Program-made: the position numbers and the translations under genes | In this document: one piece after another, positions 9,301-22,031 of the stretch | Layout: each line of letters begins with the position of its first letter | Position numbering within the stretch: the first letter of the stretch is position 1 | The notes under the pieces: generated by a model | Databases searched by the model: none | What the model was told of the DNA's origin: nothing | The model's input: only the letters and a program-made list of their open reading frames with translations | From: Octopus sinensis | Lineage: Eukaryota | NCBI RefSeq assembly: GCF_006345805.1 | Contig: NC_043008.1 | Location: 7,688,001 to 7,752,000, forward strand | DNA: 64,000 nt | Direction: 5' to 3'

Positions 9301-10147
9301 CATACATACATACACAAACTGTCATAACAACAGCTGCAGATATGTTGGATTCGGGTAGATTAAATGTCTCAAAAATTAAAACATCTTTTCTAGTTTCCAT
9401 CTGCATGCAACCATAATTGTTTCCATGTAGATTTGGTAATTAGCTGCAGAGAATGATTATAACTACATATTGGATTGTTAAATATTTAATGTCTTAAAGA
9501 CTATTTTCTATCTAAATCTGTAGGTAAGATTAAAGTGTCTAACGTTGTAAATTTAGTAATCAACGTCAGAGATTTATTATTACTACATTCTAAAACTTGG
9601 TACATAGATAGTCTAAGATAATATACATACTGTGGGAGAAACTAAATTGAAATATTGATAATCGATTCGGAGGAAGCAGATGTTCTTCTCGAGTTTATAA
9701 TTTTTACAATAAGACACAATTACCCCTTTATAGATAATTAGTTAATTTATATGCTATAAAGTAAATTACGTAATTTCCCTCAGTATCTAATTGCTTGATC
9801 TAAACCGCAACATGATTTATTCTGCATATATAAATAGGCTTCTGATTGTTTGCAGTTGGGTAGACATACAGTGACTCCTATTTCTATTCTGTGTGTATTT
9901 TTGCAGGTATCTGTATGCGTATGAAAGCTCACTGAGCGGATGGAGACGGTGTAGCCATGGATAAAGGCTACTGTCTATATATGGATGTGAATATATAAAT
10001 GCGTTTATATGAGGATGTAACAACGCACAAACGAAGCTTGTATTTATTATGAATCATCTGCTATTTGTATTCTGTTTCTATACACCGTCCAGTTTTGTGT
10101 TCTAATCATGTATTTATTGCAGCACAATTCAATATTTGAATTTCCTA

Positions 10148-10625
10148 GGGCGGCGAGCTGGCAGAAACGTAGGCTTAAGTATATTTACATGGAATATATA
10201 TGATCAAATGCATTATATAATAGGCTTAACTTCACAAAAGTTTCAATTGAAACGTCTGTCTTTACGTTCTGAGTTCAAATTTCGCCGAGGTCGACTTTGC
10301 CTTTCATCCTTTCGGGGTCGATAAATTAAGTACCAGTTGAGTACTGGGGTCGATGTAATCGACTTAATCCATTTTCTGTCCTTGTGTGTCCCCTCTAAGT
10401 TTAGCTCTTTGTGGGCAATAAAGAAATAAGAAACGTTAGCACGCCGGGCGAAATACTTAGTGGTATTTCGTCTGTCTTTATGTCTCGAGTTCAAATTCCG
10501 CCGAGGTCGACTTTGTCTTCCATTCTTTCGGGGTCGATAAATTAAGTACCAGTTGCGTACTGGGGTCGATCGAATCGACTGTCCACCTCGCCCAAAATGT
10601 CGGGCCTTGTGCCTAGAGTATAAAG
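10148..10625 (+). mobile_element. Two tandem SINE family B copies (first interrupted by about 70 bp in its head)
   Basis: GGCGGCGAGCTGGCAGAAACG head, GAGTTCAAAT B box, GCCTTTCATCCTTTCGGGGTCGATAAATTAAGTACCAG central block (resembles the Deu/Nin SINE domain, from recall). Confidence 0.85.
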
Positions 10626-10809
10626 AATATTTGAATTTCATGAAGGCAAATACATAGATTTGATCAATCTACCACATTCAATTTCAAGAATGGACTAACC
10701 ACTAAATTTAGAGTTAACACTCTTTGAAGAAAAACATAATAAGAAGCATCAGGAGAAATTTTAGTCCTACAGTCCACAGTGGGTCTGCGTCCTTGGATTT
10801 AATGCAATC

Positions 10810-10902
10810 TCTATCCTTCTATCTATCAATCTATCTATCTATCCTTCTATCTATCTGTCTGTCTGTCTGTCTATCTATCTACCTATCTATCTATCTATCT
10901 TC

Positions 10903-10964
<62 letters not shown>

Positions 10965-10965
10965 G
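10810..10965. repeat. (CTAT)n microsatellite
   Basis: Seen directly. Confidence 0.95.
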
Positions 10966-10966
10966 A

Positions 10967-11179
10967 TTTCTTTATTGCCCACAAGGAGCTAAACACAGAG
11001 GGTACAAGCAAGGACAGACAAATGGATTAAGTCGATTACATCGACCCTAGTGCGTAACTGGTACTTAATTTATCGACCCCGAAAGGATGACAGGCAAAGT
11101 CGACCTCGGCGGAATTTGAACTCAGAACTCAGAACGTAACGGCAGGCAAAATACCGCTAAGCATTTTGCCCGGCGTGCT
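10967..11179 (-). mobile_element. SINE family B
   Basis: Reverse complement of the family B body. Confidence 0.85.
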
Positions 11180-13604
11180 ATCTATCTATTTATCTATCTA
11201 CCTATCTATCTGTTTGTGTGTGCGTATGTGCGTTAATTGTTAATGAGAAATAGAGTGGCAAAGAAAGGGCCGAATTTCAGTGAGGCCTTATTCTTTTGGC
11301 AACCATAATATTTTTTCTCTCGCATGTGTTGAACTGAAATGTTCTTTTCTTCTGTAGATGACGCTTTGTGATAGTTTCAACACTCACAAAATTTGCCATT
11401 GCTGTTCATGTTGTTCGTTTTTGAAAATATATTTGCAAAATACTTGAATGACGTCTTCAATGAATCGAAGGAGACTCGGTGTCTCAGAAATCTGTACGCG
11501 TTTAAATTTGAAAGAGAGCTGTCAGAATCTAAGCAGGTATGTTGCTGTTGCTGTTGATATTGTTGCTTGTGCTGTTGATGATAATGATGAAGACGCAGTC
11601 GTTTGAGACAAGGACAGCCTTGATAAAGAGTTGTGATAAAAGGCTTTCTGTTCCTACTCATTCACTTCAATGGCCAACTTAGAAAAAATGATCAAATGTG
11701 TGTCTCAATTTTATTTTAGAGTAACACGTTTGAAACATTTCACTGCTATAGCTAATACGTCAAGTTAATTGATGAAAGTTCTCTTCCAAATTTTCTGATT
11801 TAATCGCGAAGTAGAGACGTTTAATTGAAATATAAACGCTAACCTGTCATCATACAAGTATGAGTGGTCTGTATTTGTATCTATTTGTGTGTATTTGTCT
11901 CTGAGTGTATGCGTACGCGTGTTTGTCATGGTGTTTAGACAGGAAAATGGTATCAAGTAAGATGGAAGTTTTATCAAACTATATTCATATTTGTGTGGCC
12001 CAGAAATTTTGATTTGCTTAATACATTTAAAAGAAATGATTCTGATATGCCAAACTGCACTACTTTGCATTAAAGAACATCGTTCATATCACTAAATGTG
12101 AAACAAAAACCACTAGAATTTGGGTTAGGGATAACGTTACATGTGTATATGTGGCACACTTAACAGAGGTAAAACGGTGTTAATGGATGCAGCAAGCTAT
12201 GTGTCGTATTCAATTTATAAAACGATTGAAAAATACGCGGGATTTAATATAAAGGCAAATGTGGTTTAGCCGTAGTGTTTTAGAAAATCGTGAAGCATTT
12301 TCAATAAGTAATATGGCGGGAACGTGAAATTGCACATACTTCAGCGGTTAAACCATGGGAGGAATATAAATTTGATCTTAAAAATCTTAAGATTTTATTT
12401 AAGGGGGTGTTTACAATCCAAATAAATACAGTGTGTTCTATTTTACTATTCATGAGAATATATTGGCCTACAAACATATCAGATTCCTCAATATATCAAC
12501 TTCACTAATCAAGGAGTTGTGCTTTTACCCTTATAAGTTCAGGTGGCTTCCTCTGCAAAGTCATAACATCGAGGAACAAAAATAAATAATAGTACATTTT
12601 CTTCAGTAAACTCTAACGTGCAGAGACCCAAAAAATCTATGTAAACTTCAGAGATAGTTTTGTGGCTTTTTCTTCAAACAGAGCAAAAGCACAACCAGAG
12701 AGATGTCTTTAAAATTTCTCGTCATATCTTGAAGGCATATTTGCTTCTTAACAATTAATTAGCTCTGTAGAGATTGCAGAATTAAAAAGCAATTATTGCC
12801 TCTGATCCCTTCTTCAAGTTATTAAGTCAATGGACCGTACAAATGTTGTTTCCTACAAGTGGCTGTATAGCAATGTTTCTTTAAACGAAATTAATGGTTG
12901 TGTTGGAGGATGAAGTTACACTGGGGATTATGACACTTCAGAATCGATAACCTTACAATATTAAATCTGCATTTTCGAGATTTACAGAGAAGGGAGAAAA
13001 GTTGAAAGGAGGATTATTAGAAAAATTTGTTGAATAATGTTAAAAGTCATTTACCATTCAAAATATTTGAAGCAAATTAATATCTGTGCAGTTGTCTAAA
13101 TGGTGAACTCTGATAAAAGAAAAACGGAAGATGATGTTCAGAAATTGTTTCAAATTAATGAAGGATATTCGTTAATGAGTTCCTTATTCGTAAAGAAATA
13201 ACGGAAGAGGTATTACGCAGCAGCAAAAAGAGAAATGTAGACGCTGAAATAAAGAAAGTTATATCTTCGCTGCTGAAGTTGACGTCACACGGGAATTATC
13301 ATAAGCTCTGTGTGGACATATTCCGAGCTTGAGATTATTACTTGACTTCAGAGCGACTGTAAGTAAAAATACAAAGTGCCAAATGAATGTCAGATTCGTC
13401 GACCATTACGTGTCCTGTTTTAATCCACAAGAGATAGAAGAATTTTTTAAATTTAAAAATTGTTTGTGGTTATTAAGGAAATTGCTCATAGGGCAATGAA
13501 CTTATTCAGAAACATAGACTGACCCAGAAACTTTACACCTATCCATCTCCTTCTGCGAGCATGAAAGTATGAAGTAAGCGAAATTTCTACACTGAACCTC
13601 AAAA

Positions 13605-13648
<44 letters not shown>

Positions 13649-13649
13649 T

Positions 13650-13685
<36 letters not shown>

Positions 13686-15863
13686 GGAATTTTGAATTTA
13701 GTTCACGGACTCTTAGTACTACCTTTGCGGGCCACCAGGGATACTCGGACTTCAGGTTGAGAACCACTGTTCCAGGTCGTTCAGCTCGGCAACGTCAAGT
13801 TAATAGATAGAGAAGAATCATTCACATATTCAATGATAAGGGCTCGAGCCAATTTTGTTTTAACAGGAGATTCTCAAAATATTCGCTTTCCTTACTCGTT
13901 GTTAACTAATATATGCACTAGATAGCAAAATGTTTCAATAGTTATTTCACTGTAATTTCAAGTTTTATTGACGTCAGCTTCAACTTTTTTTACAGTTTGT
14001 TTATCTACAAAAAGTTAATTTAAGCTGGTGCAGGTCTTGGGATTCATCCTTCTCCCATTGTGAGTTTCTGCCACTTTATATTTCTCTGAATGGCATTGGT
14101 GCAACTAGAACTCAAGATTTGTTAAGTTTAAAATGTCCGGGTTAAGCTGTATATTGTGAATATGGAATAGGATTTGGTGGTTCAAAGAAAGAATAAATCT
14201 TCACACCGATTCTTAATATTTGTAATGATTAATATCATAATTTAAGAGTTACTAATAAAGAATGTAATGAGATGTTTATGCCAACCAATATTTTAAAATT
14301 AAACACGATGATCGGATGTGTATAGATTAGCGTTGCGTTAACTCCATGAATGAACGTGCCACGGATTTTGGAATAACATTTGGGATATTATGAATTAGGA
14401 GTAAACAGATCATTAATTTCATCTCAGCGATTTTCCCTTAAGGATAATACATGAGAAAATCCGATTCAAGATTATGTGGCGGTGGTGGGAGGCGAGCTCA
14501 TATTCTACTTTCCACTCGTATATGGCCTGCAAATTATATGCTGCACATGGTAAATTCGCTGAGATTTTTCTCGTTCATATAAACATGTTTAGCAGTTTAA
14601 TAATGGCATTCAATTTTCGCTTGGCTTGGAAGTGCAATGACATGCAGAGGTATGCAGTGCAATTTTATGTGGGTGATCTCGAATAATAGCAGCATTATCC
14701 AGCTTTCAAGTAATCCTTGGACAAAGTTTGAAGTATAATAGTGGGAGAATAAAACTGCAAGATTAAGACTAGAAATCACTACTTTAGAAGAATAAAACCA
14801 TTTTTTATATTCACCTTTGTATCAGAAATCGATGGCTGGCTTTGGCGCATTTGCTCTTTTGTAGGGCAAAATTGCAATTATACGATGCAGCACATACAGA
14901 TTATACACCTGACGCCTCACTGTTTTTTTTTAATATCAGAAGGAGAAAGAAGAAGTGAAAATGGAGTGTCACATTCCAGTTATCAATGTTGGCCATTACA
15001 TTTGTCATTCGATAACAGGCCACTTATTTGCTATTGTTGAACTTTGCATATATTTTCAGCACCTCAAGAATAAAATACTCTTAAGAATGTCGGTTAAATT
15101 TAGGTGAGATCGCTTTGAGTACAAACCAGCAGAAAAATGCTGATATCATATATATACCCATTAAAAAGGGCATTTATGTAGCTAAATTATTTCGCTAAGT
15201 GCAAGATGATTTCAACCCCCCCCCCCCCCTCCAAAAAAAAAGGCGTGAGAGGGAACGAGCAGGATCGAAATTCCGACTCACCCTCAATACCTCAATACAA
15301 TGATATCTCAGATGCATGTAACGTATGTCTCCTGCGCGTTGTTTATTTTCTGAGACAATACGATTCATCAAATATTGTAACAGTAACTCCTACAGTATAG
15401 AAAGATAAACTTCGATACAAGATTACTTATGTAACTGCTCTATATGCAACTGGTTCGTTAATTACAACTACAAAAAGGGTCATGTGAATATATTATGTGA
15501 CCCTGATGCAAAGATATATATATTGGCAACCGCAACATTATTTCTGTCGGTATATTTGGTACAATCTTCCACACCATTTGGCTAATTTAAATGTGTTGGT
15601 CAAACATAGAATTATCAATATCCGTCAATGATATTTGAAAAATAAAGCACCTCTTATGTTGTATATTACAAAACCATAAAAAATACATATATATATATAC
15701 ATTCCATTTCACAGCGTGAAAAGATGTATCCATATTATACAAAGAATGTAGCAAAAAGTGTGATCTAGAACAACTTTTCCTGTTGAATCGTAGATGCATT
15801 GACTACTGAATGTAGTAGTAAACTGCAAGTGAATATATACACACATATATACATATATACATC

Positions 15864-15905
<42 letters not shown>

Positions 15906-16284
15906 TGTGTGTATGAGTGTGTGTGTAAGCGAAAGACACTCTGTAATATACTCTACAGATAGTTATTAGCGAAATAGACAGCATTAATACCAAGAAGTAA
16001 TACCTATCCATACTTAAACGTGGATGCTTCGTCGTTAGAACTTTATGGTAGTTAACATGAGAGAAATTCTACCATTGGCCTTTGGTGCTCATGTACTCTT
16101 GTTTATATCGCCAGTGGGGCTGAAAATTCCCCGCCACATTCAGCGCCGAGAACACTCAGTAATGGAAGATTTTGTTAAAGCAAAATGAGCAAATATTTCA
16201 ATATCAGTTAAACGCTATCGATAACGAGAAAGATGCGATGGAATCAAAATGTTACTCGTCAACCATTTGAGGTAAGGTATTTCA

Positions 16285-16505
16285 TACTCTTTACTCTTTT
16301 TACTCTTTTACTTGTTTTAATCATTTGACTGAGACCATGCTGGAGCACCGCCTATAGTCGAGCAAATCGACCCCGGGACTTATTCTTTGTAAGCCCAGTA
16401 CTTATTCTATCCATCTCTTTTGCCGAACAGCTAAGTGACGGGGACGTAAACACACCAGCATCGGTTGTCAAGCAATGCTAGGGAGACAAACACATACACA
16501 CACAT

Positions 16506-16584
<79 letters not shown>

Positions 16585-16750
16585 TACGATAGGCTTCTTT
16601 CAGTTTCCGTCTACCAAATCCACTCACAAGGCATTGGTTGGCCCGGGGCTATAGCAGAAGACACTTGCCCAAGATGCCACGCAGTGGGACTGGATCCGGA
16701 ACAATATAGTTGGTTAGCAAGCTACTTACCACACAGCCACTCCTGCGCCT
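16285..16750 (-). mobile_element. Full-length SINE family A (tRNA head, CORE-like block, internal (TA)n, 3' half)
   Basis: Minus strand AGGCGCAGGAGTGGCTGTGTGGTAAG head; ends in AAAAGAGTA repeats. Confidence 0.88.
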
Positions 16751-17389
16751 ATTTATTAGGATAAAGAAAAGTTTTCCAGAATTGGAAGTGCAGCAAATAT
16801 ACCGAAAATCTTTGACAAAAATTAAACGACATGACCATATTAAGAAAAAAAAACAGGCATGGTTAAATTTAGGGATCTTAAAAATTCAAGGCCCCGCTTT
16901 CATTCATTACACTAACTGAAGAAGGATCATAAAAACAGGGACTCTATGATTTTGGATGCGGGAAATGTGTTTACGATAAGAATAAAACCTACGATTAGTG
17001 GATATAACCGATAATAGTTATTCTCATGAAACGAGAGATAACATAATACTTGTTGCTGTTATCGAAATCAAATAAGCTAACAAAAGCTACAAAACACTTC
17101 CGGCAGATGAAGATAAACTAGAAGGTGTATTGTCATGATTATATATACCAAATTTATGGGGTAAATGAATAAATTTGACATCAATCAGACCAGGTGAAAT
17201 GTTAATAGGAGGATAAAAGTGAGTAGGTATGTTAGGTATGTTTAAATTGTATGTTTCGGGTACCGAGATTCGGTGGTGTGAAAGCGAGACAAAGGTGGAA
17301 ATTACATTCAATATACATTTACATTGTTATTCAAGGTATATATATATCTGTATATCTATATATCTACGTATCTGTGTATGTATGTACAT

Positions 17390-17745
17390 ACAGGTCAACA
17401 AGTTGATGACGTCTAGCTCTGCTAGAATGGACAGGATACAAACAGGGGACAGTCATTAGTCAGAATATTGATGACGTCCTTTTCTGCTTGAATAGTCACC
17501 TAACAAGTACAGACAGGGGGTAGATCTAATGTAGCTATAAGTCGTGATTGAGCAGAATCTGGATGACATCCCGCTATGCTTGACTAACGAAGCGACTGGT
17601 CAAGACAGGAAACAAACAAGAGGGAGTTATAATGCAGCGATTGGTCAAAATAATGATGACGCCCCGTTCCACTTGATTAAAGCAACCTAACGAAACGATT
17701 GGTCAAAACATTGATGACGTCACGCTACGCTAGATTGACCACCTA
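17390..17745. repeat. Degenerate array of five ATTGG-N9-TGATGACGTC-like modules
   Basis: TGATGACGTC-like at 17404, 17469, 17561, 17654 and 17712; ATTGG-like word 9 nt upstream in four of them. Confidence 0.7.
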
Positions 17746-18185
17746 ACAGGCATTATAAAACCAAGCATTTCACAAAAAATCACAAGAACCACCCAGCGAA
17801 CTTCCACCATGGGTCATCACAATTGCTTAAGGTAAAAAGGAATTCCTCGCTCTTTCGGAAACATCAATCTTCTGTATTGACCGCTTGCCACCACTTTGAT
17901 CTGTTTTTTGTATTGAATACGTATCGCCACCGTGGGCCACTGCATCGAACACTTTGAACATATACTTCAAACTATATATCAACTATACATGAACTATATA
18001 TCAACTATACATGAACTCTAAGATGTCTGACTCCGTTGTGTATTATAAATGAATTTCTTGTGTTTGACGGCATGAGCTGTCTCTTTTTATATATAACTTT
18101 TTTTGATAAGGTTCATTTCAGGAACTGAAACATGTTATAATGTATATATAAAAATTAAAAATTGTATTTTCGAACTTCATTTTTT

Positions 18186-18297
<112 letters not shown>

Positions 18298-18410
18298 ATA
18301 TATACATATACACACATATATGCACACACACACACATATATATTCAAAGAGAGTGGTAGAGAGAGATGTGTGTGCACGTATCTGTGTATGTATGTACATA
18401 CAGGTTTATA

Positions 18411-18459
<49 letters not shown>

Positions 18460-18506
18460 TATATATACAGAGATAATGAGAGAGAGAGGGAGAGAGATGC
18501 ACATGA

Positions 18507-19756
18507 GTCGTTTCCTTAATGTGAGATGGCGCAGGTGTTATGCGGATAAAGAACGAAGTTGAGGAGATGGACAGGAAAATCAGAAAAGTGATACCAATTA
18601 ACAAGAAACTACGTTACCAAAGCAATATTGACAGGTTGTAGGTATCTAGGAACAGGGAGTGGGAAGACGCGTCATAGGATGCAAGATCTGTGTTGCCAAT
18701 GTGAAGAACATTCTGAGATGGTCCTTCAAACAGCAGAATCTATTCCTGTTTGTCGTTATTAAAATTAACAATAAAATATCTGCCGAAAATCTGATACACC
18801 CACAAACATTTAAGAAACAAGATGAAGAAGAAAGAGTTCACAATTGGGACATGAAATAGCTGCATGGACATTATCTCAGAGAAATCGAAGGAAAAGTCAA
18901 GATCAACACTTGGAGATGGCTAAGAACAAGTGATCGGAAAGGCGGCACTCAGGCATTGATATGCAGCTCCCAGAAACATGCTCTGAGAACTAATTACACC
19001 AAGATCCAAATGGATAAGATCGTAGGATGTGCGGCAGCAGAAACGAAACAGTCCCACTTATTGTGAGTGAATGTAGCAAGCTGGTCCCAAGACACTACAA
19101 AAGTTCGCGCGATAACATGGCTAAATTTGTCCACTAGAGGCTATGCGAAATATACGGCCTGGACAGAGCACGGAAATGGTCCGAACATGGAACAGAGTTG
19201 GGTTGGGTAAGCTGATTACATTGACACCACGAACAACGAATATAAGATATTGTGGTATTTTACAAATCAATGTGACCCCGTAATCGCGGCTCAGACGCCA
19301 GATATTGTTGTGGTAGATAAAGGAAAAAAAGGAAACCATGTTTATAGATATTGCAATAGTTGAGGAGGCATGCATAAGTGAAAAAGAACTAGAAAAGATT
19401 GAGAAGTTCAGAATACTAAAACATAAAATTGCAAAAAATGTGGAGTATGAAGAGAGTGTCTGTCATTCAAGTAGCGGGGGTGGGGTATAAACAGCCAAGT
19501 TCGAGAAATATGTCAGAGAAATCGGAATTGACATGAGAGCAGAGCAAGCCGGCAAAACAGCTCTGCCGGCGGGGACTGCTAGTATTTCGAGATTGGTGCT
19601 TCGATGTTGAATGTCTCCCACGATAATGAGCAACCGAGTATCAAAGCTTATAATGTGAAGCGGAAAGAAACCCTGCGTAACCTCTGAGGTAGGCTGTTGT
19701 CTGCTCTCACAGAACGTACTGGAGCAAAGAAGGCCGAACGCTCCGAGATATAAAAC
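18507..19756 (+). mobile_element. Decayed 3' part of an R4/Dong-like non-LTR retrotransposon (RLE endonuclease), ending at (TAA)n
   Basis: Hand translation across stops and frameshifts: [11 protein letters not shown]...NIDRL*VSR; degenerate Zn knuckle RMCGSRNETV..IVSECSK; RDNMAKFVH*RLCEIYG; KILWYF...QTPDIVVVDK...FIDIAI (PD..D nuclease). Confidence 0.8.
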
Positions 19757-19806
19757 AATAATAATAATGATAGTAGTATTAGTAGTCGCAGCAGCAGCAG
19801 CAGCAA

Positions 19807-19846
<40 letters not shown>

Positions 19847-19944
19847 TTGGTGGTGGTAGTAGTAGTAGTGGTGGTGATGGTGGTAGTGGTAGTAGTAGTA
19901 ATTGTAGTAGTAGTGGTAGTAGCGGTGGTAGTAGTAGTAGTAGC

Positions 19945-19975
<31 letters not shown>

Positions 19976-19985
19976 ATTGTCATTG
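19757..19985. repeat. (TAA)/(TAG)/(CAG)/(TGG) compound trinucleotide microsatellite
   Basis: Seen directly. Confidence 0.95.
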
Positions 19986-21665
19986 GAGCCTTAGGGACGA
20001 CGAGTAGACGGGAAAAAAGGCTTTCAGAAGCAGATATAATATATTAAACTGGCCTACTTTTTAGGAATGGTGAATATCATTCGAAAACTTCTGGATATCT
20101 GAGGTTACAGGCAGTGACGTATTTATTCAAGAATAAACCCATTTAAATTTTGGATCATAGGCGTGAGATCCAAAAGAACTTTTAAATAATAATAATAATA
20201 GCGATTGTGATGAATAAGGATTGACATTTTTGCAGAACAATTAACGAATGAAATGCAAATTGAAAAATGAAAAAAAGAAAATAGGAAAATATTTATTGTG
20301 GAAGACACTAAACTTTACACTGCTGGGTATTTTATAGCTGATTTCATTGTAATTGAATTCGTTTCGCAAAGTATATGAATTAAAATATTGTCGGAGGGAA
20401 TATGCTGTCAGGAAAATTAGAAACGCTTCAAATTACATTACAAATGTTTACGTAAATCTACTTTATTTGCGAGTTATTTCTGTATGATTTCTGTATGTGT
20501 AGCAGCAATGAATACAGTCATATTAAGGTTTGAAGCTTAAAAGAAAAATATATATTCGTAAACTGTAACAGGAATCAAAGCATCGTTGAATTCTACAGAT
20601 CTCTTTCTACATGAAAATGAGACGAGGCCATTGCCTTACGGATCACTAATTATATGCCTTCGCCCCATTGCAGGCGTAATGTTCATATTCGGAAGACATT
20701 ACAATACGTGTGATTTTAGTAGCACTTATAGCTGTAGAGTGTAACGTTGGGAGGATCATTTAATGCGTGTGAAATAATACATGCGAAATTAGTGAATAGA
20801 TTTCAATGGATTTTATTTAGTTTCATCTATCGTCAAATTATAGTCATACATTGCTGAAGTGTGGTTTTGTGTTTCAGCCTCAGCAACTTTGATGTGAACA
20901 TTCTGCGTATCTTGTTTTAAAAGAATACGCTGGCTATCCAAATTATATAAGACCAGTGTTACATCAAGCGCCCTGTTGTCAGTGCTCAATTGTTGATCAT
21001 CAAGTAACTGGCTGGGCGTAATCAGCTTATTGGCCGTATATTCTCCAGAGTAAAGCTCTATCAGGCTTTAAATGTGTTTTCAACCCTGAATCATTCGTAA
21101 AAAATAATAAAAAGAAGATAATTCTCTTCGTTGCATCCGTTCAAATTACACGCACATGCGAAGTCCATAACATTTGCTCAGTAATTGAGTAGGCATAAGG
21201 AATGCACTGCCAAGTTACAGGTTAAATATGCAGCAAAAAACAGCAAAAAGTATATACACCTATCCCTACCGACGGAGTAGTTTTTACACACTCGATTAGT
21301 TGAAATTCTAACATTCAAAACGCAAAATATGTCATCATGTATCACCTGATCTGCACGCATACCCATATCGAAATTTGGTGTGGTTACTTTGAAAGAGAAT
21401 CCCTACCAAACTAACTAAATCCCTCTTTCTGATATTCCCCGATTCTACCCTAAACTGACAGAAATATTCCACATTTGTTTCCCGCTTCCATTTTTAACTC
21501 CTAGAAACAACTATATTCATTTACCTCGTCCAGATTTTCATTGTTCCCTACTAGTATCGGAGCGCAATTTTTTTCTTAGTGAGGGATTGATGTATCTCAG
21601 CTAAATATCGACTTATTGCATATAAGTATATTAAATTATATATTATAAATTAAATTATATTATAT

Positions 21666-21811
21666 AGGCGCATGAGAGGCTGTGTGGTAAGTAACTTGCT
21701 TACCAACCACATGGTTCCGGGTTCAGTCCCACTGCGTGGCACCTTCGGCAAGTGTCTTCTACTATAGCCTCAGGTCAACCAAAGACGAAAACTGAAAGAA
21801 GCCCGTCGAAT
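21666..21811 (+). mobile_element. SINE family A head (internal deletion); residual tail near 23370-23430
   Basis: A/B boxes and CACCTTCGGCAAGTGTCTTC block. Confidence 0.8.
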
Positions 21812-21851
21812 ATATGTATATATATATATGTGTATATATATATATGTATAT

Positions 21852-21917
<66 letters not shown>

Positions 21918-22000
21918 CGGGAAGCTTTATGAAAATAAACAAAACAGACGAAGGCAGGTGGAAAACAAACGAACAATATATATATATATATATATATATA

Positions 22001-22030
<30 letters not shown>

Positions 22031-22031
<1 letters not shown>

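Noticed and set aside
8936-9416. YI/IY, VC/CV, LSIY, poly-T/V and poly-E/K/R ORFs here and throughout the window
   Set aside because: Translations of microsatellites
11377-11661. 94-aa ORF with a His/Gln-rich stretch, possible host exon
   Set aside because: No recognisable domain; all frames from the nearest acceptor-like site (11677) hit stops before or just at the ORF start; polyQ explained by a (CAG/CAA) repeat
16915-16975. CTGAAGAAGGATCATA...TATGATTT hairpin resembling an HHR 5' half
   Set aside because: GAAA is 9 nt out of register and stems I and III are absent
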